From sequence record NC_061448.1: a stretch of DNA of 64,000 bases. The stretch is one strand, 5' to 3'. Numbering within the stretch: the stretch's first letter is position 1; each line of letters starts with the position of its first letter. The translations under genes and the position numbers were made by a program. Below, one piece after another: positions 19,258-28,188 of this stretch. The notes below the pieces were generated by a model. The model was not told where the DNA came from and ran no database searches. It was given only the letters and a program-made list of their open reading frames with translations.

Positions 19258-19422
19258 ATGTATGTCATCTGCATCATCTTTCTTGTACTTGCAGTCGGCA
19301 CTCTTGTACTGAATCTTTGGTTGAAGTGGGACCCTTCCTGCAATTTATCAATTGTTGGACTTGTCGCTGTGGGTCTCGGTAACTTCATGGTCTTTCGTTA
19401 TCTCCTTAAAGGATGTTCGTAA
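19258..19422 (+). CDS. 54-aa two-TM membrane protein (not in the ORF track)
   Basis: MYVICIIFLVLAVGTLVLNLWLKW...; fills the gap and has a TAATG overlap with the next gene. Confidence 0.6.
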   Translation: MYVICIIFLVLAVGTLVLNLWLKWDPSCNLSIVGLVAVGLGNFMVFRYLLKGCS

Positions 19423-19856
19423 TGGAAAAGAAACATAAAATCATCGTGCGTATTCTCGGTGATGTAGGTAGCGGTAAGTCTGCTGCGTACTGTCGCATTG
19501 CTGCGATGTTGAAAGACAGTGGCGCGACTGTTATTCATGCTGACGAGAAAGCGTGGAACATGTTGCAGAATGCAGGAGAAGCAGCCTCGGCCCAAGCGGA
19601 CCTGTATCAGTTTGCTCCTGAGATTACTCTGGAGGAAGCCTGCATTCGCACCGACTCTGCTATGTCGAAAAATCAGATCATGCAGTATTTCGCATACGCA
19701 CACTTACCGGCACATCTGCAACGTGTTAGCAAACCGTTCGCGCTGCTGGCGCAAGAGATGGATCAGTATCTGCCTGACGGTGCTGAGAAGTCTGCCGGTC
19801 TGCGTAAACTTCTCGAAGCCAAAGACTGCGCTGTTCGTGCAGTAGTCGCCAAGTAA
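19422..19856 (+). CDS. two-part protein: P-loop-like N-terminus and conserved helical-hairpin C-terminus
   Basis: GDVGSGKS; QYFAYAHLPAHLQ...GLRKLLEAKDCAVRA. Confidence 0.7.
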   Translation: MEKKHKIIVRILGDVGSGKSAAYCRIAAMLKDSGATVIHADEKAWNMLQNAGEAASAQADLYQFAPEITLEEACIRTDSAMSKNQIMQYFAYAHLPAHLQRVSKPFALLAQEMDQYLPDGAEKSAGLRKLLEAKDCAVRAVVAK

Positions 19857-19870
19857 TTCGGAGCGCAAAC

Positions 19871-20251
19871 ATGCCGCACTTTATTCGTCCTCCTGTTATT
19901 GTCAAGTCTGTGCCTACTGTATCTACTGCCTCGGCGACCGATGTTTTCGGTCTGTGCTCTCCAGTTAACCACGTCGTTAATCTTGGTGCAGTACAGGCGT
20001 TACATCGTGAGATGGTAGGCGCTGGCCACATCGATCAGTTTACTGCGGATATCGGTCTGCATCCAGACGACGTTCGTCCAGACAACGATCACGTAAGTGT
20101 TCCATCTCTCGCATTCTTCCTTGAAGGTGGTGAGTGTGAGATCTGGTACTTCTGCGGGCCTGAGCGCACTCTGGCTGAATGGGCTACTGTGCGTGATAAA
20201 GTTGAGCAAGCTGTGTTTGACAACTCGTATCATCATGAGATCGAAGCCTGA
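19871..20251 (+). CDS. hypothetical protein
   Basis: GGAG SD. Confidence 0.7.
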   Translation: MPHFIRPPVIVKSVPTVSTASATDVFGLCSPVNHVVNLGAVQALHREMVGAGHIDQFTADIGLHPDDVRPDNDHVSVPSLAFFLEGGECEIWYFCGPERTLAEWATVRDKVEQAVFDNSYHHEIEA

Positions 20252-20583
20252 TGCAATTGAATCTTATCTGCCCTCCGATTGACCTGCGTGAAGCGTATTA
20301 TATGCGGCACGACTTTACCAACGACCCGATCAACATTCAGAATATCCTCTCTGTTAAGGCTGATAAGTTTTGCGCCTACCCTGATGAAGAAGGTACGCCT
20401 GCGATCTTCTTCACGGTCACAGGCGCTAAAGAGCCGCTGATTTGGTTGTTCCCGAAACATCGTTTTGGTTTTGAGAAAGCCACTGCATTGCGCGATGCGG
20501 TACTCGAACAGATCGAGCGTGGTGATTACTCGCCTGACTTCACGACTACGCAATATCTTGAGGCGTTAAAAACAACCGGCTAA
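20251..20583 (+). CDS. hypothetical protein
   Basis: TGATG coupling. Confidence 0.7.
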   Translation: MQLNLICPPIDLREAYYMRHDFTNDPINIQNILSVKADKFCAYPDEEGTPAIFFTVTGAKEPLIWLFPKHRFGFEKATALRDAVLEQIERGDYSPDFTTTQYLEALKTTG

Positions 20584-20594
20584 AGGAGGCGATC

Positions 20595-20621
20595 ATGAAC
20601 GATTGGTTCTACGACTGGTAA
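20595..20621 (+). CDS. 8-aa micropeptide MNDWFYDW
   Basis: AAAGGAGG SD 5 nt before ATG, double TAA stop, terminator directly after. Confidence 0.45.
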   Translation: MNDWFYDW

Positions 20622-20627
20622 TAACTC

Positions 20628-20654
20628 AAAGGGTGGCCTAATGGCTGCCCTTTT
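20628..20654 (+). terminator. intrinsic terminator
   Basis: AAAGGGTGGCC-TAAT-GGCTGCCCTTTT. Confidence 0.8.
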
Positions 20655-20776
20655 CTGATCTTAGACAACTAAAATAAGCCCGTAGGGATAGCAAAGAACC
20701 ATGCGTAAAGCGTATAGAACCATGTGTAGACAGCGTAGAAACACCACCTTTTTCTTGAGCAGTGTCAAGCGCTTAA

Positions 20777-20788
20777 AATCTGTAAATC
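20777..20788 (+). promoter_or_regulatory. recurrent AATCTGTAAAT motif (putative phage promoter) before dam
   Basis: intergenic, 18 nt before the ATG; at least 15 CTGTAAA copies on the + strand. Confidence 0.55.
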
Positions 20789-20806
20789 AAGAGAAAGGAG
20801 AGCAAA

Positions 20807-21649
20807 ATGACCGTAATCAGTCCTATTCGTTATCAGGGCAATAAGCGAAGCCTTATCCCTCTTATTCTCGAACACACACCAAGCGTACAAGACTGTCCGC
20901 GTATGGTTGATGTGTTTGGCGGTAGCGCTACTGTCTGTGCGAACATGCCGCAGAAGTTTCGCGTCTACAACGAACTGAGTCCTCAGGTGTTTGAGATCGT
21001 CAAGATGCTTGTCGAGCAAGACCCGAAGAAAACTCTAGGTCAAGTCAAGCGTCTGGTGAAGCACTGGTGTCTGACAAACAGCAACGAAGAAAACTACGAT
21101 GCGTTCCGCGAAGTCGTCCAGAAGAAGCGAACGCCTATCTTGCATTACGTTGCGCACAGACACGCGCACTCGAACATGCTGCGATTCAACCAGCAGGGTA
21201 TCTATAACGTAGGCTTTGGCGATCGTGGTCTGATTGGTAAGTTCGATGAACTCGCCGATGAACTCACAACGTTTCACAGTCACATGCAGGGCGTTCACCT
21301 GACGAACATGAAGTACGGTAAGCTACTCGGTCGTCTAGGCAAACAACTGGACTGCAACACGTTCTGTTACTTTGACCCGCCTTATCTTGCGAGCGGTGCG
21401 ATGCAGTATGGCAAGTGGACTGAAAGCAATGAGCGCAACCTGCTTGCTACTCTCGAACATCTCAATCGTCTTGGCGTACCGTGGATGTTGAGCAACGTGA
21501 CAGAGCACCGACACTTCTCAAACGATTTGTTGAAGCGCTGGTTAAAGAAACACGCGACAACCGTGCTCTATCCAAACAAAAGCTATGCGATGAACAACGG
21601 TCAGAGTGGCTCGCATGGTACTGTTGAAATTCTGGCAATGAACTATTGA
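20807..21649 (+). CDS. dam: DNA adenine methyltransferase, T4 Dam-like (D12 class)
   Basis: YQGNK, VDVFGGS, HSNMLRFN...FG, YFDPPY. Confidence 0.88.
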   Translation: MTVISPIRYQGNKRSLIPLILEHTPSVQDCPRMVDVFGGSATVCANMPQKFRVYNELSPQVFEIVKMLVEQDPKKTLGQVKRLVKHWCLTNSNEENYDAFREVVQKKRTPILHYVAHRHAHSNMLRFNQQGIYNVGFGDRGLIGKFDELADELTTFHSHMQGVHLTNMKYGKLLGRLGKQLDCNTFCYFDPPYLASGAMQYGKWTESNERNLLATLEHLNRLGVPWMLSNVTEHRHFSNDLLKRWLKKHATTVLYPNKSYAMNNGQSGSHGTVEILAMNY

Positions 21650-21656
21650 GGTAATC

Positions 21657-21965
21657 ATGGACGCACCAATCGGTACAAATATGAAGTTGTGGAGTATTCT
21701 CTGTTCTCTTACGCGTGAGCTTGAGCGCATTAACACAGAGGCGTGGGGATTGTCGAAAGACCCGAAAGATACTTGCGGTGCAATCGGTATTGCTCTTCCT
21801 GACTACAACGAACCAACGTTGATCAAGGAAATTGAAATGCGAGCCACGCAGATCGAAAAGCGTAAGCGCTACATTGCAGGTATACAACACGGGGATGCAG
21901 CATATACCTTAGCGTGTGAGCAACGCGCTGACGAGCTGTACCAGAAATACTGCGGCAAGCGTTAA
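21657..21965 (+). CDS. hypothetical protein
   Basis: GAGG SD. Confidence 0.7.
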   Translation: MDAPIGTNMKLWSILCSLTRELERINTEAWGLSKDPKDTCGAIGIALPDYNEPTLIKEIEMRATQIEKRKRYIAGIQHGDAAYTLACEQRADELYQKYCGKR

Positions 21966-21975
21966 TCTGTAAAAC
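21964..21975 (+). promoter_or_regulatory. AATCTGTAAAA motif (putative promoter)
   Basis: at the stop of the upstream gene, about 40 nt before ATG 22017. Confidence 0.5.
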
Positions 21976-22016
21976 AATAACGTACCAACCATTTGACTAC
22001 ACATTAAGGATATAAG

Positions 22017-22598
22017 ATGAAAGAGTTTCTGTCTAAGTATTTCGACCTGCGTGAATACGATAGCTGGCCACTGGCTGCGCTGTTTATCGGTGCTGCGTTC
22101 GCAATCGCAAGTGACTTCCTGTTTGACTATAGTGCGCTCTGGCCTATGCTGGTGGTCTTCGCAATCTACTCGGTTGCTATCATCCTCGACATACGCAAAA
22201 TCATGGACGCAGGTAAAACTGCACCTTCGTGGGGTTGGCTGTTGTTCGTTCCCATCTACCTGTGGAAACGCGACACGCTTACGCAGAAGAAGAACCGCAA
22301 TATCTTCGCTGCATGGATGGTACTGTGTGTCCTGTCGTTTGGTAGCGGCTTCATCGCAATGGCGCAAGATAACACCAAGCTGGTCGAACAGGATGTGTGT
22401 CAAACTCTGGCTACACTTGACAGTCTGAAAGACAACAACATCTCCTGCGTTCGTGCGTACAACATGAAAGAGCAGTACGAGGGATACTGGAAGGGTACTG
22501 CCCATCTGTCTAACAACCGCGACGTAAACGTAAGTGCCGACTACAACAAACAGAAAGGCATGGTGTACGTTCAAATTCACAGTCTGCTGGAGGAATAA
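22017..22598 (+). CDS. multi-pass inner-membrane protein with a periplasmic C-terminal domain
   Basis: 3-4 hydrophobic segments, WGWLLFVPIYLWKR motif. Confidence 0.75.
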   Translation: MKEFLSKYFDLREYDSWPLAALFIGAAFAIASDFLFDYSALWPMLVVFAIYSVAIILDIRKIMDAGKTAPSWGWLLFVPIYLWKRDTLTQKKNRNIFAAWMVLCVLSFGSGFIAMAQDNTKLVEQDVCQTLATLDSLKDNNISCVRAYNMKEQYEGYWKGTAHLSNNRDVNVSADYNKQKGMVYVQIHSLLEE

Positions 22599-22599
22599 T

Positions 22600-23298
22600 A
22601 TGGAACAGGAACAAGATCTGCGTGATATGCCTCAGCATATCGTTAACGGCTTTTCATTCCGCGAAGGTTCAACCAAGCTCATGTCCTTCGCGTTGGACGT
22701 TGTGCGCCTAGGCGGTAAGATTGAAGAATCTTTCTGGACCGATCATCTCGTTGAAGACCTGAATAAGATTGACTTCATGAGTCTTGTTCACGTTACTGGC
22801 CCTGTGATTGATCGTCGTCAGTTTGATTTGTTCGAGTCGCTTGAGCGCTGTCGCAAGAACGCACACGTCCTGCTTGAAGCGATTATCTACGGTTACGATT
22901 TGCTGATGCAGGAACTGGAGACTGCTTTCCTCGAAGAAGACGGTGCCTCCCGTTTCATTCGTCGTAACAAAACGAACATGTTCAGCCGCGAACTGATTCA
23001 GTATCTGACGCGTCCTGCCGAAGAGAAAGACATTCTGATGCTTCACGCGTATCGTCGTCAGTCTGCTGGCCTGTGTGACGCCGAGCCTGTTCTGTTAGGC
23101 ATTCGCACAACTGACAGCAACCAGTTCGTTTGGAACGGTGAGTGGCGGGCGCTTCTGACTCTGCCGCTGGAAACGCGTAAGCACCATCTCAACACATGGT
23201 ACTTTAACCACGCGCTGACTGAACATCGCATGAAAGCAATGATCAGCGCGTATCTGCATCACAAATTCCCTGAGCAGTTCGGAGGCAAGAGTGCATAA
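22600..23298 (+). CDS. hypothetical protein
   Basis: GGAGG SD; start corrected. Confidence 0.75.
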   Translation: MEQEQDLRDMPQHIVNGFSFREGSTKLMSFALDVVRLGGKIEESFWTDHLVEDLNKIDFMSLVHVTGPVIDRRQFDLFESLERCRKNAHVLLEAIIYGYDLLMQELETAFLEEDGASRFIRRNKTNMFSRELIQYLTRPAEEKDILMLHAYRRQSAGLCDAEPVLLGIRTTDSNQFVWNGEWRALLTLPLETRKHHLNTWYFNHALTEHRMKAMISAYLHHKFPEQFGGKSA

Positions 23299-23761
23299 CA
23301 TCGCTGAACTGCGCGAGCGTCTGGTCAAGGCGCTCGACCTGTCTATCGTAAGCAGCGGTCCTTCTGCTTGTTACGTTGATGCAACAGGTAACCCGATGGG
23401 TCTGGTGAGTCACTGGCGCCCTGAGTCTGCTGAAAACATTGTGCTGATTATCGAGCGCTATGGTCTGCATGTCGAACGCACTGTCTCTCCGTATCATAAA
23501 CCAAAGCCCGGCGAAGAAGACAAAATTGTGTGGCAGTTCAACGTGTGGTCACGCAACCCAATCTATCGCACACTGTCTCAGGACTACGGACGTGCTCTGC
23601 AACACGGTCCGCGTATCGTTGGTCCTGATCTGACTACTGCTGTGTTCACATGGGCAGTGCTTCGTGCCGAACGTGTTAAACAACTGCGCGGATCGCCGGA
23701 AGCGAAGCACTACCACTTCGGTGCGCTGCGGGAGAAGGTGTATGTATCACCAGCTCAGTGA
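23291..23761 (+). CDS. hypothetical protein
   Basis: GGAGG SD, GTG start. Confidence 0.7.
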   Translation: MHNIAELRERLVKALDLSIVSSGPSACYVDATGNPMGLVSHWRPESAENIVLIIERYGLHVERTVSPYHKPKPGEEDKIVWQFNVWSRNPIYRTLSQDYGRALQHGPRIVGPDLTTAVFTWAVLRAERVKQLRGSPEAKHYHFGALREKVYVSPAQ

Positions 23762-24152
23762 CGACGCAACGTCCGATGAAATCCGCAAGTATTACGAGCA
23801 GATTCATCAGGACGCCGAAGCTATCATGCAGCAAGTGTGGTCGCTTCGTGGTTGGACTGTTCGATGGGAATGGCATAACGGCATTTGCGATGACTGCGAG
23901 TTCGTCTTCGATGAAACAGGCAAGTGCCGTGGCACGAAGTCAGATGCTATTCCCCAACAGGTTGGTATTGCTGACCGCATCGACGCGTTAAAGCTGACAG
24001 TCACGCATACCAAGAAATCTGTAAAGATCAGTAACAAGTTTGCTGATAAGCCAGTCGAAGGAAAAGGCCGTAATGTAAGGCTTGCCTATCTCGACTGGCT
24101 GCTTAACCTTGAAAAGCAGAAAGCTGAGGAGAAAAAGTGCGCTGCAACTTAA
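23742..24152 (+). CDS. hypothetical protein
   Basis: AAGG SD; start corrected. Confidence 0.65.
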   Translation: MYHQLSDDATSDEIRKYYEQIHQDAEAIMQQVWSLRGWTVRWEWHNGICDDCEFVFDETGKCRGTKSDAIPQQVGIADRIDALKLTVTHTKKSVKISNKFADKPVEGKGRNVRLAYLDWLLNLEKQKAEEKKCAAT

Positions 24153-24658
24153 ACGAATTACCGATGAACCTCGATCAAGCTGAACACATCATGGCCAGTG
24201 TGTTTACGCTTGCTGGTGCGTCGAAGTCAAAGCGTCGTGCTACTGCTGCGATGCTCATTCATTTCCATCACGGCTTTCCGACTGTAATCAGTAGCGGCGT
24301 GAACGGTACACAGCCGGGCGCGAGCAACGTCATGGAGAACGAAGACCTGACGCTTTCGCTCGACACTGTTATTCATGCTGAGGTGAATTGTCTCAATCGC
24401 ATGGAAGAACACAGCATGTGGGCAGAAGAAGAGGACATCTTGTTCTGCACTGATTCGCCGTGTCCGAACTGTCTCGCTGACCTCGAAGCTGAGGGCGTTA
24501 AGACAGTTGTGTATGCGCGTGAGTATCGCCTGACTGATCATCTCGACGCATCGAAGATCAAGATGTTCTGTCTCGATATGGACAGCGTTGTCCGACGTAT
24601 GCAGCACGGTATCGACCGCATCAATGACGTAATCGCAACAACACCAGCGTCTAACTAA
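24137..24658 (+). CDS. dCMP deaminase (zinc-dependent cytidine deaminase family)
   Basis: SGVNG, HAEVN, SPCPNC. Confidence 0.85.
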   Translation: MRCNLNELPMNLDQAEHIMASVFTLAGASKSKRRATAAMLIHFHHGFPTVISSGVNGTQPGASNVMENEDLTLSLDTVIHAEVNCLNRMEEHSMWAEEEDILFCTDSPCPNCLADLEAEGVKTVVYAREYRLTDHLDASKIKMFCLDMDSVVRRMQHGIDRINDVIATTPASN

Positions 24659-24683
24659 GACCAATAACTGAGAGGCTCTCAAC

Positions 24684-25430
24684 ATGAAATTTAGTTATCA
24701 ACCGTTTCAAGACTGGTCTAAGCCTAATGACGCGCAAGTGAAAGAAGTGGCAGATCAGGAAGACCGTATCTTTCTGGATTCGTTACAGGAGTTCGAAGAG
24801 ATGCAGCGGCGCAACATGCAGCGTTTTGCGCGTATGGTTGAATCTGATCCAAAGTTGAGGGCCCAAATGGAACAAGCTCGTCGTCACGACCACCGGCAGA
24901 AATTCGGTCCTATGGATTTTTCCAAAATCGAAGCGCGTGTAGCTGATACGTTTGCTCATTCGTCTGGTGTCGTTCGAGGTGTTGTTCAACGCTATCCGCG
25001 TATGTCAGATAATCTGCCTCGTGACGTTCTTATCAAAGCTGACGTAGCTCCGGGAAAACGTATGCTGCAAACTGATATTCATTTAGGCGACGTGAAGACT
25101 GATGACCTGTCGATGGCGATGATCACCGCAGCATTCGCTCTTAGCGGCGAGCAGCTTGGAGTAATCCCTGCTCCTGGTGGCGGTCAGTTCGTGGAACCGG
25201 AAACGCATCTGCCTCTGCACTATCTGCACTCTGATACAGGACCTATCGTCGATTTCAAAACATCAGGCGATCCAAAAGGTCCTCAGCCGACTGGTCGTGC
25301 GCTACGTGTTAGCCGAGGCTCTGATTGGTCTGCTGAACGTCGTGATCGTGCTGCAACGTCTGCGTCAGATCGCAAGAAACTCCGTGCTAAGACACGCGCC
25401 CAGAAGAAAGCACGTCGTAAACAACGTTAA
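24684..25430 (+). CDS. hypothetical protein with a basic C-terminus
   Basis: GAGG SD. Confidence 0.75.
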   Translation: MKFSYQPFQDWSKPNDAQVKEVADQEDRIFLDSLQEFEEMQRRNMQRFARMVESDPKLRAQMEQARRHDHRQKFGPMDFSKIEARVADTFAHSSGVVRGVVQRYPRMSDNLPRDVLIKADVAPGKRMLQTDIHLGDVKTDDLSMAMITAAFALSGEQLGVIPAPGGGQFVEPETHLPLHYLHSDTGPIVDFKTSGDPKGPQPTGRALRVSRGSDWSAERRDRAATSASDRKKLRAKTRAQKKARRKQR

Positions 25431-25439
25431 GGAACAGCC

Positions 25440-25928
25440 ATGTCTGATTTTAATGAGTTCAAAGATGGTTTTCTTCGAGCAGTTGGCGTAGACCCAAAGT
25501 TGCTCGACTTACCAGAAGACCCAGATGGTGCTGAAATCTTTAACAGCCTGTCTTCTAAAGATCAGCGCAAAGTCCGAGCAGGTCTTGCGCTGATGCAACT
25601 CCAAATTCCGGATGAAGTTCGTTATGAGTTACTGACGAACCATCTCGATGAAACTGAGCGTCTGGTAGATAACGCGTTTCAGGACCTGAGTGCCTCGCTT
25701 GTGAACAAGTTGGCGCAAGCAGGTAACGCGGAAACTAAATCGACACTCGGTAGTGTTCGTCTTGCTATGCTGATGAACATTCTGGGTTTTGATGATGCCA
25801 CTCTTAATGGCGTCTTGACTGACCCAAGTCTCGCTCGTCGCGCCAGCCTCGTTGCTGTGACGTGTATGAACGAGATGGGTCAAAAAATCCAACAATTGTA
25901 CGACGAGAAAAACAATGAGCCAACCTAA
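25440..25928 (+). CDS. hypothetical helical protein
   Basis: AAGGA SD. Confidence 0.75.
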   Translation: MSDFNEFKDGFLRAVGVDPKLLDLPEDPDGAEIFNSLSSKDQRKVRAGLALMQLQIPDEVRYELLTNHLDETERLVDNAFQDLSASLVNKLAQAGNAETKSTLGSVRLAMLMNILGFDDATLNGVLTDPSLARRASLVAVTCMNEMGQKIQQLYDEKNNEPT

Positions 25929-26061
25929 CGAAGCACCTAAAGCAGACGACATGGACCTGAGCATGAACATCCCAGGTCTTGACCCTGATGCAGTAGCACC
26001 TAACGGTGTTGATGCAGCAGCATCTGATGAAGGTTGTGAAGGCGGCGCCTGTAAAATCTAA
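25915..26061 (+). CDS. 48-aa peptide ending in a ribonucleotide-reductase-type tail GCEGGACKI (not in the ORF track)
   Basis: MSQPNEAPKADDMDLSMNIPGLDPDAVAPNGVDAAASDEGCEGGACKI; 14-nt overlap with the upstream stop. Confidence 0.65.
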   Translation: MSQPNEAPKADDMDLSMNIPGLDPDAVAPNGVDAAASDEGCEGGACKI

Positions 26062-26101
26062 CTCATGGGGCCTAGTGCCCCATTTCTGTTTGGGGAACAG
26101 T

Positions 26102-26629
26102 ATGCAAACAGCGTATCGTTGTAAGCACTGCAAGTATGTCCACATTGGCAAAGTCAGTAGCTGTGACTGTCAGGGCAGCACAAAATTCGAATACACGTTG
26201 GTGCAAATCATCGACGTGCCTGAGAACGAGGAGCAAGTCCCTCAGTTCAAAGATCTCAAACACTCTCGCGCTCAACGTTACGTCAATGTGAAAGACGGTA
26301 CGTATGGCAACGGCATTTATGAGTTGCGTGAGAAGCGTGAAGGTGAGCGTTATTGGTGGACGCATCTCGGTCAGATGCAGAGTGGTCTGGACAGCACTGA
26401 CGCAGGCTATCAGATGTGTGAAGATAACCGCAAAGCTAACTGTGTGTTGGCCGCCGCTGGTCCTGTGATGCTCGAAGCACTGTACATGACCTATCAGTAT
26501 TTCCATCGTAAGCGTCTGGTGCAAGGCTCTACGCCTCAGACAGATATGCGCATCTCGATCATCGCTGATGCTATTCGTCAGGGCACTGACCTGTCTGTGT
26601 TCGACACCTATCAACATCCTAAGGAGTAA
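26102..26629 (+). CDS. hypothetical protein with an N-terminal Cys cluster
   Basis: CKHC...CDC; start corrected. Confidence 0.7.
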   Translation: MQTAYRCKHCKYVHIGKVSSCDCQGSTKFEYTLVQIIDVPENEEQVPQFKDLKHSRAQRYVNVKDGTYGNGIYELREKREGERYWWTHLGQMQSGLDSTDAGYQMCEDNRKANCVLAAAGPVMLEALYMTYQYFHRKRLVQGSTPQTDMRISIIADAIRQGTDLSVFDTYQHPKE

Positions 26630-27229
26630 GTGATGTACCAACAACTAAAAGAAAAGCTGGTGGCATACGGCGTTGCTATTCATAATCGTCGTCAGGAGAA
26701 GCGCAGACGCGAAGCAGCGGATCGTGTGCTCAAGCACGATGACATTCGTGGCGGTCAGGTGTGGACGAACATCAAAAACAACTCACCGTATCAGGTGCTG
26801 TTCCTGACCAATCTTTACAACGACGGTCCTATTCAGGTTGTGTATTCACAGCACTGGGCCTACATCTACTCTATGCCCGTTGAAGACTTCTTCGAACAGT
26901 TCACGCACAACCTGACGATAGACAACACTCTGGCCAGTGCGCATGATGACCTGATGGCTATGGCAACGAACATGCGTGGCAGCACTCGTCTGCGTCTGCC
27001 ACAGGAGGGTGAACGCTGGACGCGTGTTGATCAAATACCGAATGGTTTCAGTGAAGACCGTATGCCTGTGTTTCGCAAACAGCCTGTCACTGTTGAAGTG
27101 CAGGGCATAGTTGAACAGAGTCCGGCGCATCCATTCGTGTTGTTCAAAGAAGGCGGTGAGCGCAAAGTCCTGAACCTGTATATGTTCTTAAACTGCTATA
27201 GCCCTGAAGGTGAAGCCGATGCTGTTTGA
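26630..27229 (+). CDS. DUF1653-like domain protein
   Basis: WTNIKNNSPYQVLFLTN...VVY...; AGGAG SD. Confidence 0.7.
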   Translation: MMYQQLKEKLVAYGVAIHNRRQEKRRREAADRVLKHDDIRGGQVWTNIKNNSPYQVLFLTNLYNDGPIQVVYSQHWAYIYSMPVEDFFEQFTHNLTIDNTLASAHDDLMAMATNMRGSTRLRLPQEGERWTRVDQIPNGFSEDRMPVFRKQPVTVEVQGIVEQSPAHPFVLFKEGGERKVLNLYMFLNCYSPEGEADAV

Positions 27230-27866
27230 TATCCTGAAAGCTATTCCTGCAATCATCCTGTGCTATCTCGTCTGGCGTTATGTCACTAAGAAAGTCGAAC
27301 GTGATCGCCACTTGATTAAGGCGCAAGAGCAATACAATCGCGGTCGTCTTGATCGCGGTAACGTCTGGATTCATTTGAAGACAGGTCGTCCTTATACAGT
27401 GCTCGGTCTGACCAACACAGGCGTGAATAAGTCCAACTGGCGTAATGATTGGGAAATCAATGTCATCTACACCAACGACTTCGAACAGATCTGGAACAGA
27501 CCGTTCAGTGAGTTCTGCCACAAGTTCACGCACGTTAGTCGCGGTGAAAATGAAGAACATTTCACTATTACACTGATGGGTATGCAGATGGAGGCCAACA
27601 CTCGCATCCTTATTCCTCGTGAAGGTGAGATGTGGTTTGAAGGTACTGTACACGCAACACCGCCAGAATTAGTAGCGCAGGGTCATGCACCACAGGTTGT
27701 GTCTCAACGTCGTGCGCACATTGATATGGTGCTAGGCGTAGGCGAAGCGCATCCGGTCGTTGTATATACTGTAAATGAAAAGCAGACAGCAATGTTGCTT
27801 TCGCAATTCATTTTCATCTATCGCAAAGAGGTGTCCTTCGATGGAACAACCAGCTCTTGTGTTTAA
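27219..27866 (+). CDS. membrane-anchored DUF1653-like protein, paralog of the upstream gene
   Basis: N-terminal TM; WIHLKTGRPYTVLGLTN...VIY; IPREGEMW vs LPQEGERW. Confidence 0.7.
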   Translation: MLFDILKAIPAIILCYLVWRYVTKKVERDRHLIKAQEQYNRGRLDRGNVWIHLKTGRPYTVLGLTNTGVNKSNWRNDWEINVIYTNDFEQIWNRPFSEFCHKFTHVSRGENEEHFTITLMGMQMEANTRILIPREGEMWFEGTVHATPPELVAQGHAPQVVSQRRAHIDMVLGVGEAHPVVVYTVNEKQTAMLLSQFIFIYRKEVSFDGTTSSCV

Positions 27867-28188
27867 ATATGTGATGTTCGTTAGGACGCGCAACAAAGAG
27901 CGTACTGACGGCGTTCACTTGCCTGTTATCTTCCCGACTCATATCATGCACTCTGATATGGGGGATGCGATGCGTGGCTACGGTATGTCTAATGGTTATC
28001 AGGACAATCACTACCACCAGCGTGTTGAACCAATCTCTGCGGGCTTCATCAATCTGCGAACGCTTCAATGCTTCGGTGAGTCTGAATCTCTGGAACTGAA
28101 ATCACGTCCAGAAGACAGCGCGATTATCGCAGAGTACATGAAGACTCAGGGTAAAGGTGCAGAAGCTCCGCCGGAGGATGACGAGTAA
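27841..28188 (+). CDS. hypothetical protein
   Basis: GAGG SD; start corrected. Confidence 0.65.
   Translation: MEQPALVFKYVMFVRTRNKERTDGVHLPVIFPTHIMHSDMGDAMRGYGMSNGYQDNHYHQRVEPISAGFINLRTLQCFGESESLELKSRPEDSAIIAEYMKTQGKGAEAPPEDDE

Noticed and set aside
20700-20842. ORF MRKAYRTMCRQRR... in the gap before dam
   Set aside because: No SD, and it runs over the promoter-like motif and the dam start.
24915-24945. DFSKIEARV as a family-A DNA polymerase fragment (motif A)
   Set aside because: No motif B or C and no exonuclease motifs in the 248-aa protein; a 9-residue match only.
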